Shown: positions 45,835 to 55,276, counted from the first letter of the stretch. The stretch: DNA of 64,000 nucleotides from Candidatus Marinacidobacterium sp. (GCA_965250045.1 OZ252286.1:2870317-2934316); one strand, 5' to 3'. The notes: generated by a model from the letters alone, not told the origin. Translations and numbers: made by a program.

Positions 45835-46416
45835 ATGGGGACGTCCTGTTCTTCCGTCTCTCGCAGCCCGGCGACCGGAGGCGATCCGGTGGCTGCGCCC
45901 GTAGCCGCTCCCGCCCAGCCTGTGGATTCAGCAGCAGACCCGGAGCCGGAACCCGAGCCGGAGCCTGCGAGTTCCGGCGGACTGACCGAAGACGAGATCC
46001 TCGCGATCCCGCCAGAGGTCGGAGGAGAAACCGACCTTCTGGACATCGGATCAAGGAGCCTTGAGGACTTGAATACCGAGGAGCACCTCAAGGACGTGCT
46101 TTTCGAGTACGACAGCGCTGAACTCAGTGCCACCATCCGGGCCACTCTGGAGGAAAACGCTGATTGGTTGTCCCGCTATCCCTCGGTCCGAATTCTGGTC
46201 GAAGGGCACTGCGACGAACGCGGCACCGTGGAATACAACCTGGCCCTCGGCGAAGAACGTGCCCGGGCTGTCCGCGATTACCTGCGGGACCTCGGCGTCG
46301 GTTCCGGCCGGATGCGGATCATTAGCTACGGGAAGGAATTCCCTCTCGATCCGGCTCACAACGAGGCTTCCTGGCGGCGGAACCGCCGCGCCCATCTGGA
46401 GATCATCGCCAAGTGA
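45835..46416 (+). CDS. pal: Peptidoglycan-associated lipoprotein Pal (OmpA-like)
   Basis: OmpA_C motifs (VLFEYDSAELS...RILVEGHCDERGTVEYNLALGEERARAVRDYL). The start is uncertain: the in-frame upstream ORF continues into MITE d, and 'FFAILPAALLALSLMGTSC' looks like a signal peptide lacking a canonical start codon. Confidence 0.7.
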   Translation: MGTSCSSVSRSPATGGDPVAAPVAAPAQPVDSAADPEPEPEPEPASSGGLTEDEILAIPPEVGGETDLLDIGSRSLEDLNTEEHLKDVLFEYDSAELSATIRATLEENADWLSRYPSVRILVEGHCDERGTVEYNLALGEERARAVRDYLRDLGVGSGRMRIISYGKEFPLDPAHNEASWRRNRRAHLEIIAK

Positions 46417-47321
46417 AATCTTCCCGAACCGCATTCCCGTCCGTGCCGCTTTTCGCCGGAACCCTCTTTCTTTCCCTTTCTCTGGTTCCGGCCGTTCCGG
46501 AAGCACGCACCGTCACCCAGCGGGACCAGAACCGCGTCGTGTCCGAAATTCGGCAGATTCAGGTGCAACTGGCCACCCTGGTCGAGACGCAGACGGCTCT
46601 TTCTCAGGCAGTGGAACGCCTTCTCGAGGATCGGGAGGAACAACTGACCGCCGATCGCCGAAGCCGTGCCGAAACCCTGAACACCCTGAACCGGATGGAG
46701 CGGAGTGTCGCCACCCTGAGCGAGGCGTTTCGGGAGGTGGGCGAGCGCCTTTCGGCCCTCATGGTGGAAGTGGAGTCGGTGCGGGAGGCGCAACGCCGTG
46801 CGGCGCTTCGCGGGGACCCTCCGGGAACGGCGGACGACACGGAGCCCTCCGAGGAAGATGTCGCAGCGGAGGAAGCTGCCGGCGAGGGGGAAACTCCTGC
46901 GGAGGAGGACGAGGGAGCGACGGTGCTCGACGAACCGAGCGTTGCCGAAACCTATTACGAAGCGGAGTCCGACTACCACCGGGAACGCTACGACCTCGCC
47001 TTTGCCAGCTTCCAGCGGGTTGCGGACCAAGGGGGAGAACTGGCGGACAACGCCCGCTTCTGGATGGGGGAATGCCGCCTGGCCGAGGATCGGCTCGACG
47101 ACGCCCTCGAACAGTTCGAGATCGTGATCCGCGACTTCGCGGATAGCAGCAAGATTGGCGAGGCCTGGTACAAGAAGGGTCTCATTCTCGGGCGGATGGG
47201 CCATGAGTCCGACGCCCGCGAAATCTTTGAGGACATCTTGAATGTTTTTGCCGGCACCCCGGCGGCGCGTCTGGCGAAGAGAGAGCTGGACGCCATGCCC
47301 CCGAGGGATCCCGGCTGCTGA
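46413..47321 (+). CDS. cpoB: Tol-Pal system protein CpoB/YbgF (coiled coil plus TPR)
   Basis: Signal peptide; long coiled coil; C-terminal TPR-like segment (YYEAESDYHRERYDLAFASFQRVADQ...AWYKKGLILGRMGHESDAREIF). ATGA overlap with pal. Confidence 0.7.
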   Translation: MKSSRTAFPSVPLFAGTLFLSLSLVPAVPEARTVTQRDQNRVVSEIRQIQVQLATLVETQTALSQAVERLLEDREEQLTADRRSRAETLNTLNRMERSVATLSEAFREVGERLSALMVEVESVREAQRRAALRGDPPGTADDTEPSEEDVAAEEAAGEGETPAEEDEGATVLDEPSVAETYYEAESDYHRERYDLAFASFQRVADQGGELADNARFWMGECRLAEDRLDDALEQFEIVIRDFADSSKIGEAWYKKGLILGRMGHESDAREIFEDILNVFAGTPAARLAKRELDAMPPRDPGC

Positions 47322-47356
47322 GAGCCGGCCGCGCCACGCGGCCGGAAGGAGTAGAT

Positions 47357-48163
47357 GTGATGCGAGATGTGAACAAGGTCGTGCTGCGCGGTGTGATTTC
47401 CGACGCTCCGCGGACGAAGGTCTTCGAGGACGGGCGCAAGCTGGTCAACCTGAACGTCAAGACCGTGACCATCGAGAACGACGATACGGGGGCGATGCGG
47501 GAACGCCCAGCCTGGCACCAGGTCGTCGTGCGCGGCGAGCGGAACGTGGAGGTTGCGGAGCGGGTGGCGCCGGATAGTCCGATCTACGTGGAAGGACAAC
47601 TCCGGACCCGCAAATACCAGAACAAGCAGGGTGAAGACGTGTACTTCACGGAAGTTCGCGCCGACATCGTGCGCACGACCGAGAGCGCCGATCCTCACGT
47701 CAACCGTTCGATCGTCCTGGGAAATCTGGGGCGGACACCGGAACTGCGGAAGTTCGATTCCTTCATGGTGATGAACCTCACGGTAGCCACCAGCGAAAGC
47801 TGGACCCGACGGGGCGGGGAAACGAACGAAGAGACCGAATGGCACCAGGTCGCGGTGTTCGGAGAGGCTGCCCAGCGTCTGGAGGGCCAGCTCGAGAAGG
47901 GGCAGCGGGTCCTCGTGGAAGGCCGAGTGCAGACCCGGAAGTACACGGACCGGAGTGGTCGGGAACGCCGGAGCACCGAAACTCAGGCTCACTCGGTATT
48001 CGGAAGCGGGAACACGCAGCGCGACGGTTATCAATCTCCGGGGCGTTCCGCCACCGAGAGAAGCGCGCCAGACGCCGGGACGCGCGAGAACCGGAACCGG
48101 CAGGACGCCTGGGGATCCAGCGGAGTCGATACCAAGGACGACGTGGACGACGTCCCGTTCTGA
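47357..48163 (+). CDS. ssb: Single-stranded DNA-binding protein with two OB folds
   Basis: Two tandem SSB OB domains (KVVLRGVIS...VYFTEVRADIV and IVLGNLGRTPELR...HQVAVFGEAAQRL...), Gly/Ser/Arg-rich tail and acidic C-terminus ...DDVDDVPF. Confidence 0.75.
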   Translation: MMRDVNKVVLRGVISDAPRTKVFEDGRKLVNLNVKTVTIENDDTGAMRERPAWHQVVVRGERNVEVAERVAPDSPIYVEGQLRTRKYQNKQGEDVYFTEVRADIVRTTESADPHVNRSIVLGNLGRTPELRKFDSFMVMNLTVATSESWTRRGGETNEETEWHQVAVFGEAAQRLEGQLEKGQRVLVEGRVQTRKYTDRSGRERRSTETQAHSVFGSGNTQRDGYQSPGRSATERSAPDAGTRENRNRQDAWGSSGVDTKDDVDDVPF

Positions 48164-48450
48164 CGACGAGCGTTCCGGGAACGGGGCACGAGAAAGGCAT
48201 GGCGTAGCGATAACCAAGGGAACAAAGTAGGGGCCCCGTTCCCGAAACGCCCGGCGCTCCGCGCCGGGATCGCAACTCCCTTGCGCGCCCTCGGCGCGCG
48301 GCGGCGAGTTCCGATTCGATGTCGTCTTTTTGTGAAAGAGGGAGTTCCCCCTTTCACACTTTCCCCCTGATCTCGCGGTCAGCGAACAAAGTTCGCTGCC
48401 ATCAGTCTTTGCTGCTTGCTTGGTGCTGCGCCGTTCGCCCTCACGGGATG

Positions 48451-48620
48451 CAGGCACGGGAACGCCGACCTCCGGTCGGCACAGCGGCGCGGAGCGCCGC
48501 GGACGGCGTGGACGCGGAGTGGCGTCATGGTGCCCATCTCGGCAATGACTCCATCAGGCGTAATGGTGTGCAGGCACGGGAACGCCAACTTCAGACCGGC
48601 ACCGCGGCCCGCAGGGCCGC
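48451..48620 (+). repeat. Two ~45-bp direct repeats (TGCAGGCACGGGAACGCCRACYTC...CGGCAC.GCGGC) separated by ~75 bp in the ssb-lexA intergenic region
   Basis: Copies at ~48451-48497 and ~48572-48620, each with an internal short hairpin (gccgacctccggtcggc). Confidence 0.55.
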
Positions 48621-48701
48621 GAGAGCCTCGCTATCCATCCTCTATCGTCGCCACCTGACGGCGTGGTCCAATCCAGGAAAGCTCCACCCCCTTCAATCTG
48701 G

Positions 48702-48725
48702 CATAGCAGACAAATGTCTGCTATG
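48702..48725 (+). promoter_or_regulatory. Candidate LexA operator: perfect 10-bp inverted repeat CATAGCAGAC-AAAT-GTCTGCTATG
   Basis: Ends 8 bp upstream of the lexA ATG, where a self-regulating SOS box is expected. Confidence 0.5.
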
Positions 48726-48733
48726 CTGCGTGC

Positions 48734-49369
48734 ATGCCCAAAACGCCGCCGGGGCAGACCCGGAACCGGATCTTTCACTTCGTCCGCGACCGCCTGCTTC
48801 AGGGCGACTCTCCTTCCCTTCGTGAGGTACAGCGGCATTTCGGTTTCCGGGCCGTCGAGACCGTCCGGGCCCATCTCACCGCTCTCGTGGGAGAAGGACG
48901 ACTGGTCAAGGAATCAGGTCGTTCCCGCGGCTATCGGTTGCCTTCCCCAGCGTCAGGCCAAGCGTGGGGATGGTCTCCCAACCGCCTTCAGCCGGTTCCC
49001 CTCCTGGGCGAAGTCGCCGCCGGCGGTTTCGAAGAGGCCATCGAGAACCCGGAGGGGAATCTCCCGGTAGAGATCCCCGATTCCCGGGATCTCTCGGACT
49101 ACTTCGCACTCCGGGTGCGGGGGGAAAGCATGTCCGGGGCCGGCATCCTGCCCGGCGACACAGTCATCGTCGAACGCCAAGGGGCGCCAGTTTCCGGTCA
49201 GATCGTAGTGGCGCTCCTCGAAGAGGAAGCCACGGTGAAGCGACTCTACCTGGGGCAAGACGGAATGGAACTGCGTCCGGAGAACCCCGCCTTCAAAGCG
49301 CTCCGTCCACCTCCCGGGTCTTGTCGGATTCTCGGGAGAGTCGTGGAATTGCGCCGCCAGCTCCGCTGA
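48734..49369 (+). CDS. lexA: LexA repressor (S24 peptidase)
   Basis: N-terminal wHTH; Ala-Gly cleavage site (EVAAGGFEE); catalytic Ser/Lys region (ALRVRGESMSGAGILPGDTVIVERQ...KRL). Confidence 0.85.
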   Translation: MPKTPPGQTRNRIFHFVRDRLLQGDSPSLREVQRHFGFRAVETVRAHLTALVGEGRLVKESGRSRGYRLPSPASGQAWGWSPNRLQPVPLLGEVAAGGFEEAIENPEGNLPVEIPDSRDLSDYFALRVRGESMSGAGILPGDTVIVERQGAPVSGQIVVALLEEEATVKRLYLGQDGMELRPENPAFKALRPPPGSCRILGRVVELRRQLR

Positions 49370-49492
49370 TATCCAATGTCCCGCTGAATATCCGATGTCC
49401 CGCTGAATATCCAATGTCCCGCTGAATATCCGATGTCCCGCTGAATATCCAATGTCCCGCTGAATATCCGATGTTCGCTGAATACCCGGTGC
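49366..49492 (+). repeat. 19-bp tandem repeat x~6.5 (TATCCRATGTCCCGCTGAA) in the lexA-imuA intergenic region
   Basis: Begins 3 bp upstream of the lexA stop; near-perfect copies alternating A/G at position 6. Confidence 0.8.
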
Positions 49493-49511
49493 CCCCCGAA
49501 AGAGAACCCTG

Positions 49512-50471
49512 ATGCAGCAAACCCTCGCCCCTGCCCTGCACCAACAGCAGACATCCCTTCCCCAACTCGGCTTTCCCCAACTCGGCCGGTCGCCTGCCTC
49601 CCACAAACTTCCCCATAAACCCCCAAGTCCCCGGATCTCCCACCCTGCCCTGTCGACCCCTGACTCAGGATTTGTGAAATGGGGGCTGGCCCGGCTTGCC
49701 GGCAGTCTGGTGGAAATCTCTGGAACGGCTGATTCCGGAGTCCTGTCCTCAGCGCTGGCGCTTGTTGCCGAGGCCCAGCATCATCAGGCTCGACACCACA
49801 AAAAGCGTCATGGCCTGCATCCCGGTTCACATCCGGATCCTGCTGCAGGTTCTGCTCTGATCGCCTGGGTAGCGACAACCCACAGCCTCTTCTTCCCTCC
49901 GGACGCGGTGGAGTCCGGAATCGCTCTGGAGCGATTGGTTCTTCTTCGACTGGAAACGCCGGCGGCGCAGATCCGCGCCGCTACCCGGATTGTCCACTCA
50001 GGAGCTTTTGGGCTGGTGGTCGTGGACCTTGCCGATTCTGTTCAGCCGGAGAGTCCGGCCCGGAGACCGACCCCGGGATCCGTCGTGACATCCCCGCGAC
50101 TTCAAAGCCCGAGAACCCGAAGTCCGAGAGCCCAGAGCCCGAGAACCCTGGAAACCCGAAACCTGATGTCCCGCCCGAGCACCCCCCTCGGGATCCCTCC
50201 CCTGTCACGGCTTGCCGGACTCGCGCACAAATATCGAACCGCTGTCGTCCTGCTGACCGACAAGCCGCCGGCCGCCCCATCGATCGACCCCCGGGTGGGG
50301 AAGCGTTTCGACGCGAGCCGCAGGGAAAACGACATCGTCATCACCGTTCTCAAGGACAAGGGGAGCGGAGGTTCTTCCTCTACGGAATTTCCGCCGGTCC
50401 GCGGCAGGGATCGCCTTTTCCCCGGATTCCGTTTCGAAAGGAAATGCCGTGAGCCGGCTGGCATGTGTTGA
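49512..50471 (+). CDS. imuA: ImuA-like (RecA-fold, SulA/ImuA') SOS mutagenesis protein
   Basis: Position between lexA and imuB; RecA-like core (LVEISGTADSGVLSSALALVAEAQ...GAFGLVVVDL). The start is uncertain; 23-nt overlap with imuB. Confidence 0.5.
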   Translation: MQQTLAPALHQQQTSLPQLGFPQLGRSPASHKLPHKPPSPRISHPALSTPDSGFVKWGLARLAGSLVEISGTADSGVLSSALALVAEAQHHQARHHKKRHGLHPGSHPDPAAGSALIAWVATTHSLFFPPDAVESGIALERLVLLRLETPAAQIRAATRIVHSGAFGLVVVDLADSVQPESPARRPTPGSVVTSPRLQSPRTRSPRAQSPRTLETRNLMSRPSTPLGIPPLSRLAGLAHKYRTAVVLLTDKPPAAPSIDPRVGKRFDASRRENDIVITVLKDKGSGGSSSTEFPPVRGRDRLFPGFRFERKCREPAGMC

Positions 50472-52071
50472 CGTTCCGGCGCTGCCGCTACAGATCTTGC
50501 TCCGGCGTCACCCCGAATGGCGGCAGGAACCGGTGGCGGTGGTCACCGAAGACAAAACGCAGGCGCGAATTCACTGGGCAAACCGTCGGGCGGTCACTCA
50601 CGGGGTGCGTCCGGGTATGCGGCAAGCCGCTGCAGTCGCCTGCTGCCCCGCGCTCCGGATCGACCATGTCCGCTCTTCGGAAGTAGAACAGGAAGTCCGC
50701 CGACTGGCAGAGCGACTCCATCGCTGGAGTCCTCAGGTCGAATCGGCTTCATCCCTTGATCCGCACCTTTCCGGATTCGGTGCTGCCGGGACTTTCTGGC
50801 TTCGGGCATCCGGCCTGGCCGGATTGTTTGGTCCGCTTTCAGATTGGACCGACGCGCTACACCAGGATCTCGTGGAAGAGGGTTTTCATGTCTCGATCGC
50901 AGTGGGTTTCAACCGGTTCGGAACCTTTGCGGCGGCGCGGGCCATCTTCGGGCTGCAGATCTTTGAGAGTCCCACCGAGGAAAGAACCGCTGCCCTCAGG
51001 GCGCCGCTCGTCCGCTTTGGACTGTCGGAGAAGACTCTCGCCAGTCTGGGAAAGCTCGGCATCTCATCTCTTCGAGACTTGCTGCGCTTGGCCGGGAATG
51101 GACTGTCCGGGAAAGGACTGGCGAGCCGCTTTGGGAAAGAAGTTCTGGAACTCCATCGCCTTGCATCCGGAGGGAGTCCCGCGCCGGTTTGCGACGCCTT
51201 CCGCCCGGAAACACCGATCGAACAACGGATTTCCTTCGAGCCGCCCGAGATCGACATCGAACGGCTCATCTTCCACGCGAAGCGCCTCCTTGATCAGATC
51301 CTCGCCGATCTCGGCAAACGGGGCCTCGCGCTTGTCGAGCTCGCTTACGAAGTGAAATGCGAGGACGCTCCGCCAATTTCCGGATCGGTCCGCCCCGCCC
51401 TTCCCACCGAAGACAGCGTGAAGCTTCTTTCCCTGCTCCGCCTGCGGCTCAGAGCCATCTCCCCGGAAAACAGGGCCATCGCCAGGGGGCAGGAAGGTGA
51501 ACCCGGAAGAAGGATCCTCGCCCTCGTTCTCCGTGCTCTCGGCGGCCTTTACGTCTCTGAACAGCCCGGCCTGTACCAAAGCCCCGGCGAGGCTCTTTCC
51601 CGGGGTCCGAAAAAGGCGTCGGAAGCGCTGGCCCAGATTCAGGCCGAGTTCGGCGAGGACTCTCTGGTCCGGTTGGAAACCCGGGATGCGCACCTTCCCC
51701 GGGGGCGCTATCGCTGCCGGCCGGTCTCTCCAGAAAAGGCCGTCTCTCGCAGTCGCTCAGGCGAAAGCTTCCCGAAGGAATTTTTCGAGACCCGAGCGCC
51801 TCGCCTGATTCGCCGCATTTACGACCAGCCGCTCATCCTTCCCCATCGGGGTTCGGACGAACCGGACGGCTGGCTGCTTCGGGGAATCGAACACGGCCCC
51901 GTTCAGAGTTTCACCGGGCCCTATCGCATCTCCGGAGGCTGGTGGCGCCTCCTTTCGGGACGGCCGATCTCTCGCGACTACTTTTTTGTCCGCCTGAAGC
52001 GCGGCGATGTCTGCTGGGTTTTCTTCGACCGGGAGCGACGCTCATGGTTCCTCGAAGGCCGCGTTGAATGA
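50449..52071 (+). CDS. imuB: ImuB, Y-family DNA polymerase-like accessory protein
   Basis: N-terminus MSRLACVDVPALPLQILLRR is typical of ImuB; degenerate Y-family catalytic residues; located upstream of dnaE2. Confidence 0.75.
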   Translation: MSRLACVDVPALPLQILLRRHPEWRQEPVAVVTEDKTQARIHWANRRAVTHGVRPGMRQAAAVACCPALRIDHVRSSEVEQEVRRLAERLHRWSPQVESASSLDPHLSGFGAAGTFWLRASGLAGLFGPLSDWTDALHQDLVEEGFHVSIAVGFNRFGTFAAARAIFGLQIFESPTEERTAALRAPLVRFGLSEKTLASLGKLGISSLRDLLRLAGNGLSGKGLASRFGKEVLELHRLASGGSPAPVCDAFRPETPIEQRISFEPPEIDIERLIFHAKRLLDQILADLGKRGLALVELAYEVKCEDAPPISGSVRPALPTEDSVKLLSLLRLRLRAISPENRAIARGQEGEPGRRILALVLRALGGLYVSEQPGLYQSPGEALSRGPKKASEALAQIQAEFGEDSLVRLETRDAHLPRGRYRCRPVSPEKAVSRSRSGESFPKEFFETRAPRLIRRIYDQPLILPHRGSDEPDGWLLRGIEHGPVQSFTGPYRISGGWWRLLSGRPISRDYFFVRLKRGDVCWVFFDRERRSWFLEGRVE

Positions 52072-55000
52072 CACCTTGTACTTTCCTCTTTTCTGCAAGA
52101 GCAACGCTTCCTTCCTGGAAGGGGCGAGTCATCCTGAAGAACTGATCGAGGAGGCCCACGCCCTCGGCCTTCCCGGGATTGCACTCACCGACCGGAACGG
52201 CCTGTACGGGGCCGTCAAGGCCCATGTCGCGGCACGGGAGCGGGGTATCCGCTTGATACTCGGCGCTGAAACATCGGTGGCCGCAGCCGCAACCGGAAGA
52301 GGCAGGCCAGGCGAACAGGGAAGCATCCTCCTGCTCGCCCGGAACCGGACCGGTTACCGGAATCTGTGCCGGCTCCTGACCCGGGGGCTGTTACGAGGCC
52401 CCGGCGCCGTCTCTGACAAAGACCCCGAGGGGAATTCCCCGGGCATCCGATCCGGAACGGGCGGACGACCATCCCGCAAGGGAACCGCCGGTGTTTCCTG
52501 GGAAGAAATCGCTTCTCATGCCGAAGGGCTTCACGCACTCTGGGGAGGAGGCGTCTCTGCCCTCAAGCAGGAAACCCCTCCCGAGAAGCCGGCGCACCTG
52601 CTCCGGGAGGCTTTCGGGGAAAACATCCATGTCCTCATTACCCGGCACCGGGCTGACAACGACGTTCCCGAAGAGGCCCTTCTCCGCCAGCGGGCGAAGC
52701 AGTACCGGATCCCGATAACCGCCGCTACCGAGGTGCTCTACCACCGTCCGGGACGCCGGGAACTGCAGGATGTGCTCACCGCCATCCGTCACGGCGTGCC
52801 ACTTCAGGGTGCCGGACGACGTCTTCGTCCGAACGCGGAGCACTACCTGCTTTCCCCTGCCCTGTTCGCGGAACTCTTCGCCGACGATCCGATCGCGGTT
52901 GCCCGAACCCTGGAAATTGCCGAAACCTGCCGCTTCTCGCTCGACGAACTCCGTTACCGCTACCCCGCCGAGGATCTTCCCGGGGGCATGGATTCTTCAG
53001 CGCGACTCCGGGAACTGACGTTCAAAGGCGCAGCCGAGCGTTATCCCAGCGGCATTCCACCGGCTGTCCGACAGCAACTGGAAAAGGAACTGGCGCTGAT
53101 CCGTGAACTCGACTACGGCGGTTACTTCCTCACCATGGTCGAGATCGTGCGTTTTTGTCATGAGCAGGAAATCCTCTGTCAGGGACGGGGCTCGGCAGCA
53201 AACTCCGCAGTCTGCTACTGCCTCGGCATCACTGCGGTGGACCCGGTGCGAATGGGACTCTTGTTTGAGCGGTTCCTGTCCCGCGAACGCGCCGAGCCAC
53301 CCGATATTGACCTGGACATCATGCATTCCCGCCGGGAGGAGGTCATCCAGTTCCTGTACCGCAAGTACGGTGAGGGACGCGCCGCCATGGTGGCCAACAC
53401 CGTCTGTTATCGGACCCGGTCGGCAATCCGGGAGGTGGGGAAGACGCTCGGGTTTTCCGAGCGATCCGTGGATCGCCTGGCCCGCGCTTTTTCTCATCAC
53501 GAACCACTCTCGAGTGACCGGTTGTCGGCTGCCGGCTGGTCTTCTGAGGGAGCAGCAGCCCACCATCTCCTCCGTCTCGCGAACGAGATCCAGGGGTTTC
53601 CGCGACACCTCTCGATTCATCCCGGCGGATTCCTGCTCGGAGAAGAGCCGGTCTCTCACATCGTGCCCGTCGAAAACGCCGCGATGGAGGGAAGAACGGT
53701 CATCCAGTGGAACAAGGACGACATCGAGGAACTGGGCCTTTTCAAGGTGGATCTGCTGGGACTCGGAGCCCTGACCCAACTGGATCTCTGTTTCCGGATG
53801 CTCCGGAACTCACGGGGGCTCGATCTCTCCATGGCCAGCGTCCCCGCCAACGATCCGGAAACTTTTGCGATGATCCGGAAAGCCGCAACCATCGGTGTTT
53901 TCCAGATCGAAAGCCGAGCCCAAATGGCCATGCTGCCGCGACTTCTGCCCCGCAACTACTACGACCTGGTGATCGAAGTGAGCATCGTTCGGCCCGGGCC
54001 CATCGCCGGAGGAATGGTGCATCCCTACCTCCGCCGCCGTCGGGGAGAAGAAGCGGTGGAATACCCTCACCCGTCCCTCCGGCCCGTTCTGGAAAAGACC
54101 CTTGGGGTGCCGCTGTTTCAGGAACAGGTGATGCGGCTCGCGGTGGTCGCCGCCGACTACACCGCCGGCGAGGCCGATCAACTCCGCCGCGACATGGCGG
54201 CCTGGCGGCGCACCGGCCGGATGGAACGACATCGGAGCCGCCTGCTTTCCCGGATGTGCGCCAAGGGGATCGCTCCCGAGTTCGCGAAACGCGTATTCGA
54301 GCAGATTCAGGGATTTGGCGAGTACGGCTTTCCCGAAAGCCACGCCGCCAGTTTCGCTCTCATCAGCTATGCCGGCGCTTTCCTGCTCTGTCACTACCCG
54401 GCGGAGTTCGCATGCGCGCTGCTGAATGCGCAACCGATGGGTTTTTATGCTCCGGCAACAATCATCGAGGACGCCAAACGACGGGGAGTGCGCTTTCTTC
54501 CGGTGGATCTGACTGCGAGTAGCTGGGACTGTTCTCTGGTTACCGGCTCCGCATCCTCCCAAGAAGCCGGGAAACCGGACGTCCGCATAGGCCTCCGCTA
54601 CGTGAAGGGGCTCGGTTCCGTCGATGGAGAGAAGATCGTGGCGGCTCGCCGGGAGTCGCCCTTTTCTTCCATCGCCGCCTTGGCGCGTCGTACCGGTCTT
54701 GGGAAAAAGGTGATGGTTGCACTTGCCGAGGCGGATGCACTCCAGAACCTCGGACCGAAAAACCGACGCGATGCGATTTGGCAGGCGCTTGCCGCGACAC
54801 CGGAAGACCCGCCCCTCCTGCGGGAAACCGTTCCCGGCTTTGCCTCGCTGGACAGTTTCGAATCCATCGTCTGGGACCATCGGACAACGGGCAGCAGCAC
54901 CCGAGGACATCCTCTGCTGCCGCTACGAAGCCAGCTAACCGCCGCCGGACTGCCCACCGCCCTCGAGGTAACGAAGCTTCGAAACGGGACGCGAGCGCGT

Positions 55001-55276
55001 TACGCGGGGATTGTGATCTGCCGCCAACGGCCGGGAACTGCTTCCGGGGTGGTGTTCATGACCCTAGAAGACGAAACCGGATTCGTGAATCTCATCCTCT
55101 GGCCGGACGTCTTCGAAGAACACCGCCACCTGGCTCAGACCCTGTCGTTCCTCGGAGCCGCCGGGCGGATTCAGGCGGAACAGGGCGCCACCCACATCGT
55201 GGTGGACCAACTCTTCCGGCCCCAGATTTCAAGGATGCCGAAACCGCCGGAGGTTCCGAGCCGCGATTTCCATTGA
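52007..55276 (+). CDS. dnaE2: Error-prone DNA polymerase DnaE2 (ImuC)
   Basis: N-terminal PHP domain (FPLFCKSNASFLEGASHPEEL...GIALTDRNGLYG), Pol III alpha catalytic core, C-terminal OB. Start may be the TTG at 52064, overlapping the imuB stop. Confidence 0.85.
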   Translation: MSAGFSSTGSDAHGSSKAALNDTLYFPLFCKSNASFLEGASHPEELIEEAHALGLPGIALTDRNGLYGAVKAHVAARERGIRLILGAETSVAAAATGRGRPGEQGSILLLARNRTGYRNLCRLLTRGLLRGPGAVSDKDPEGNSPGIRSGTGGRPSRKGTAGVSWEEIASHAEGLHALWGGGVSALKQETPPEKPAHLLREAFGENIHVLITRHRADNDVPEEALLRQRAKQYRIPITAATEVLYHRPGRRELQDVLTAIRHGVPLQGAGRRLRPNAEHYLLSPALFAELFADDPIAVARTLEIAETCRFSLDELRYRYPAEDLPGGMDSSARLRELTFKGAAERYPSGIPPAVRQQLEKELALIRELDYGGYFLTMVEIVRFCHEQEILCQGRGSAANSAVCYCLGITAVDPVRMGLLFERFLSRERAEPPDIDLDIMHSRREEVIQFLYRKYGEGRAAMVANTVCYRTRSAIREVGKTLGFSERSVDRLARAFSHHEPLSSDRLSAAGWSSEGAAAHHLLRLANEIQGFPRHLSIHPGGFLLGEEPVSHIVPVENAAMEGRTVIQWNKDDIEELGLFKVDLLGLGALTQLDLCFRMLRNSRGLDLSMASVPANDPETFAMIRKAATIGVFQIESRAQMAMLPRLLPRNYYDLVIEVSIVRPGPIAGGMVHPYLRRRRGEEAVEYPHPSLRPVLEKTLGVPLFQEQVMRLAVVAADYTAGEADQLRRDMAAWRRTGRMERHRSRLLSRMCAKGIAPEFAKRVFEQIQGFGEYGFPESHAASFALISYAGAFLLCHYPAEFACALLNAQPMGFYAPATIIEDAKRRGVRFLPVDLTASSWDCSLVTGSASSQEAGKPDVRIGLRYVKGLGSVDGEKIVAARRESPFSSIAALARRTGLGKKVMVALAEADALQNLGPKNRRDAIWQALAATPEDPPLLRETVPGFASLDSFESIVWDHRTTGSSTRGHPLLPLRSQLTAAGLPTALEVTKLRNGTRARYAGIVICRQRPGTASGVVFMTLEDETGFVNLILWPDVFEEHRHLAQTLSFLGAAGRIQAEQGATHIVVDQLFRPQISRMPKPPEVPSRDFH

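Noticed and set aside
48164-48420. Possible tRNA or other small RNA gene in the ssb-lexA spacer (GTTCCGATTCGATG resembles a T-loop)
   Set aside because: Could not assemble an acceptor stem, anticodon arm or CCA context by eye; left as unassigned structured region.
49366-49492. Possible CRISPR array (19-bp tandem repeats)
   Set aside because: The repeats are directly adjacent with no spacers, and no cas genes are nearby.
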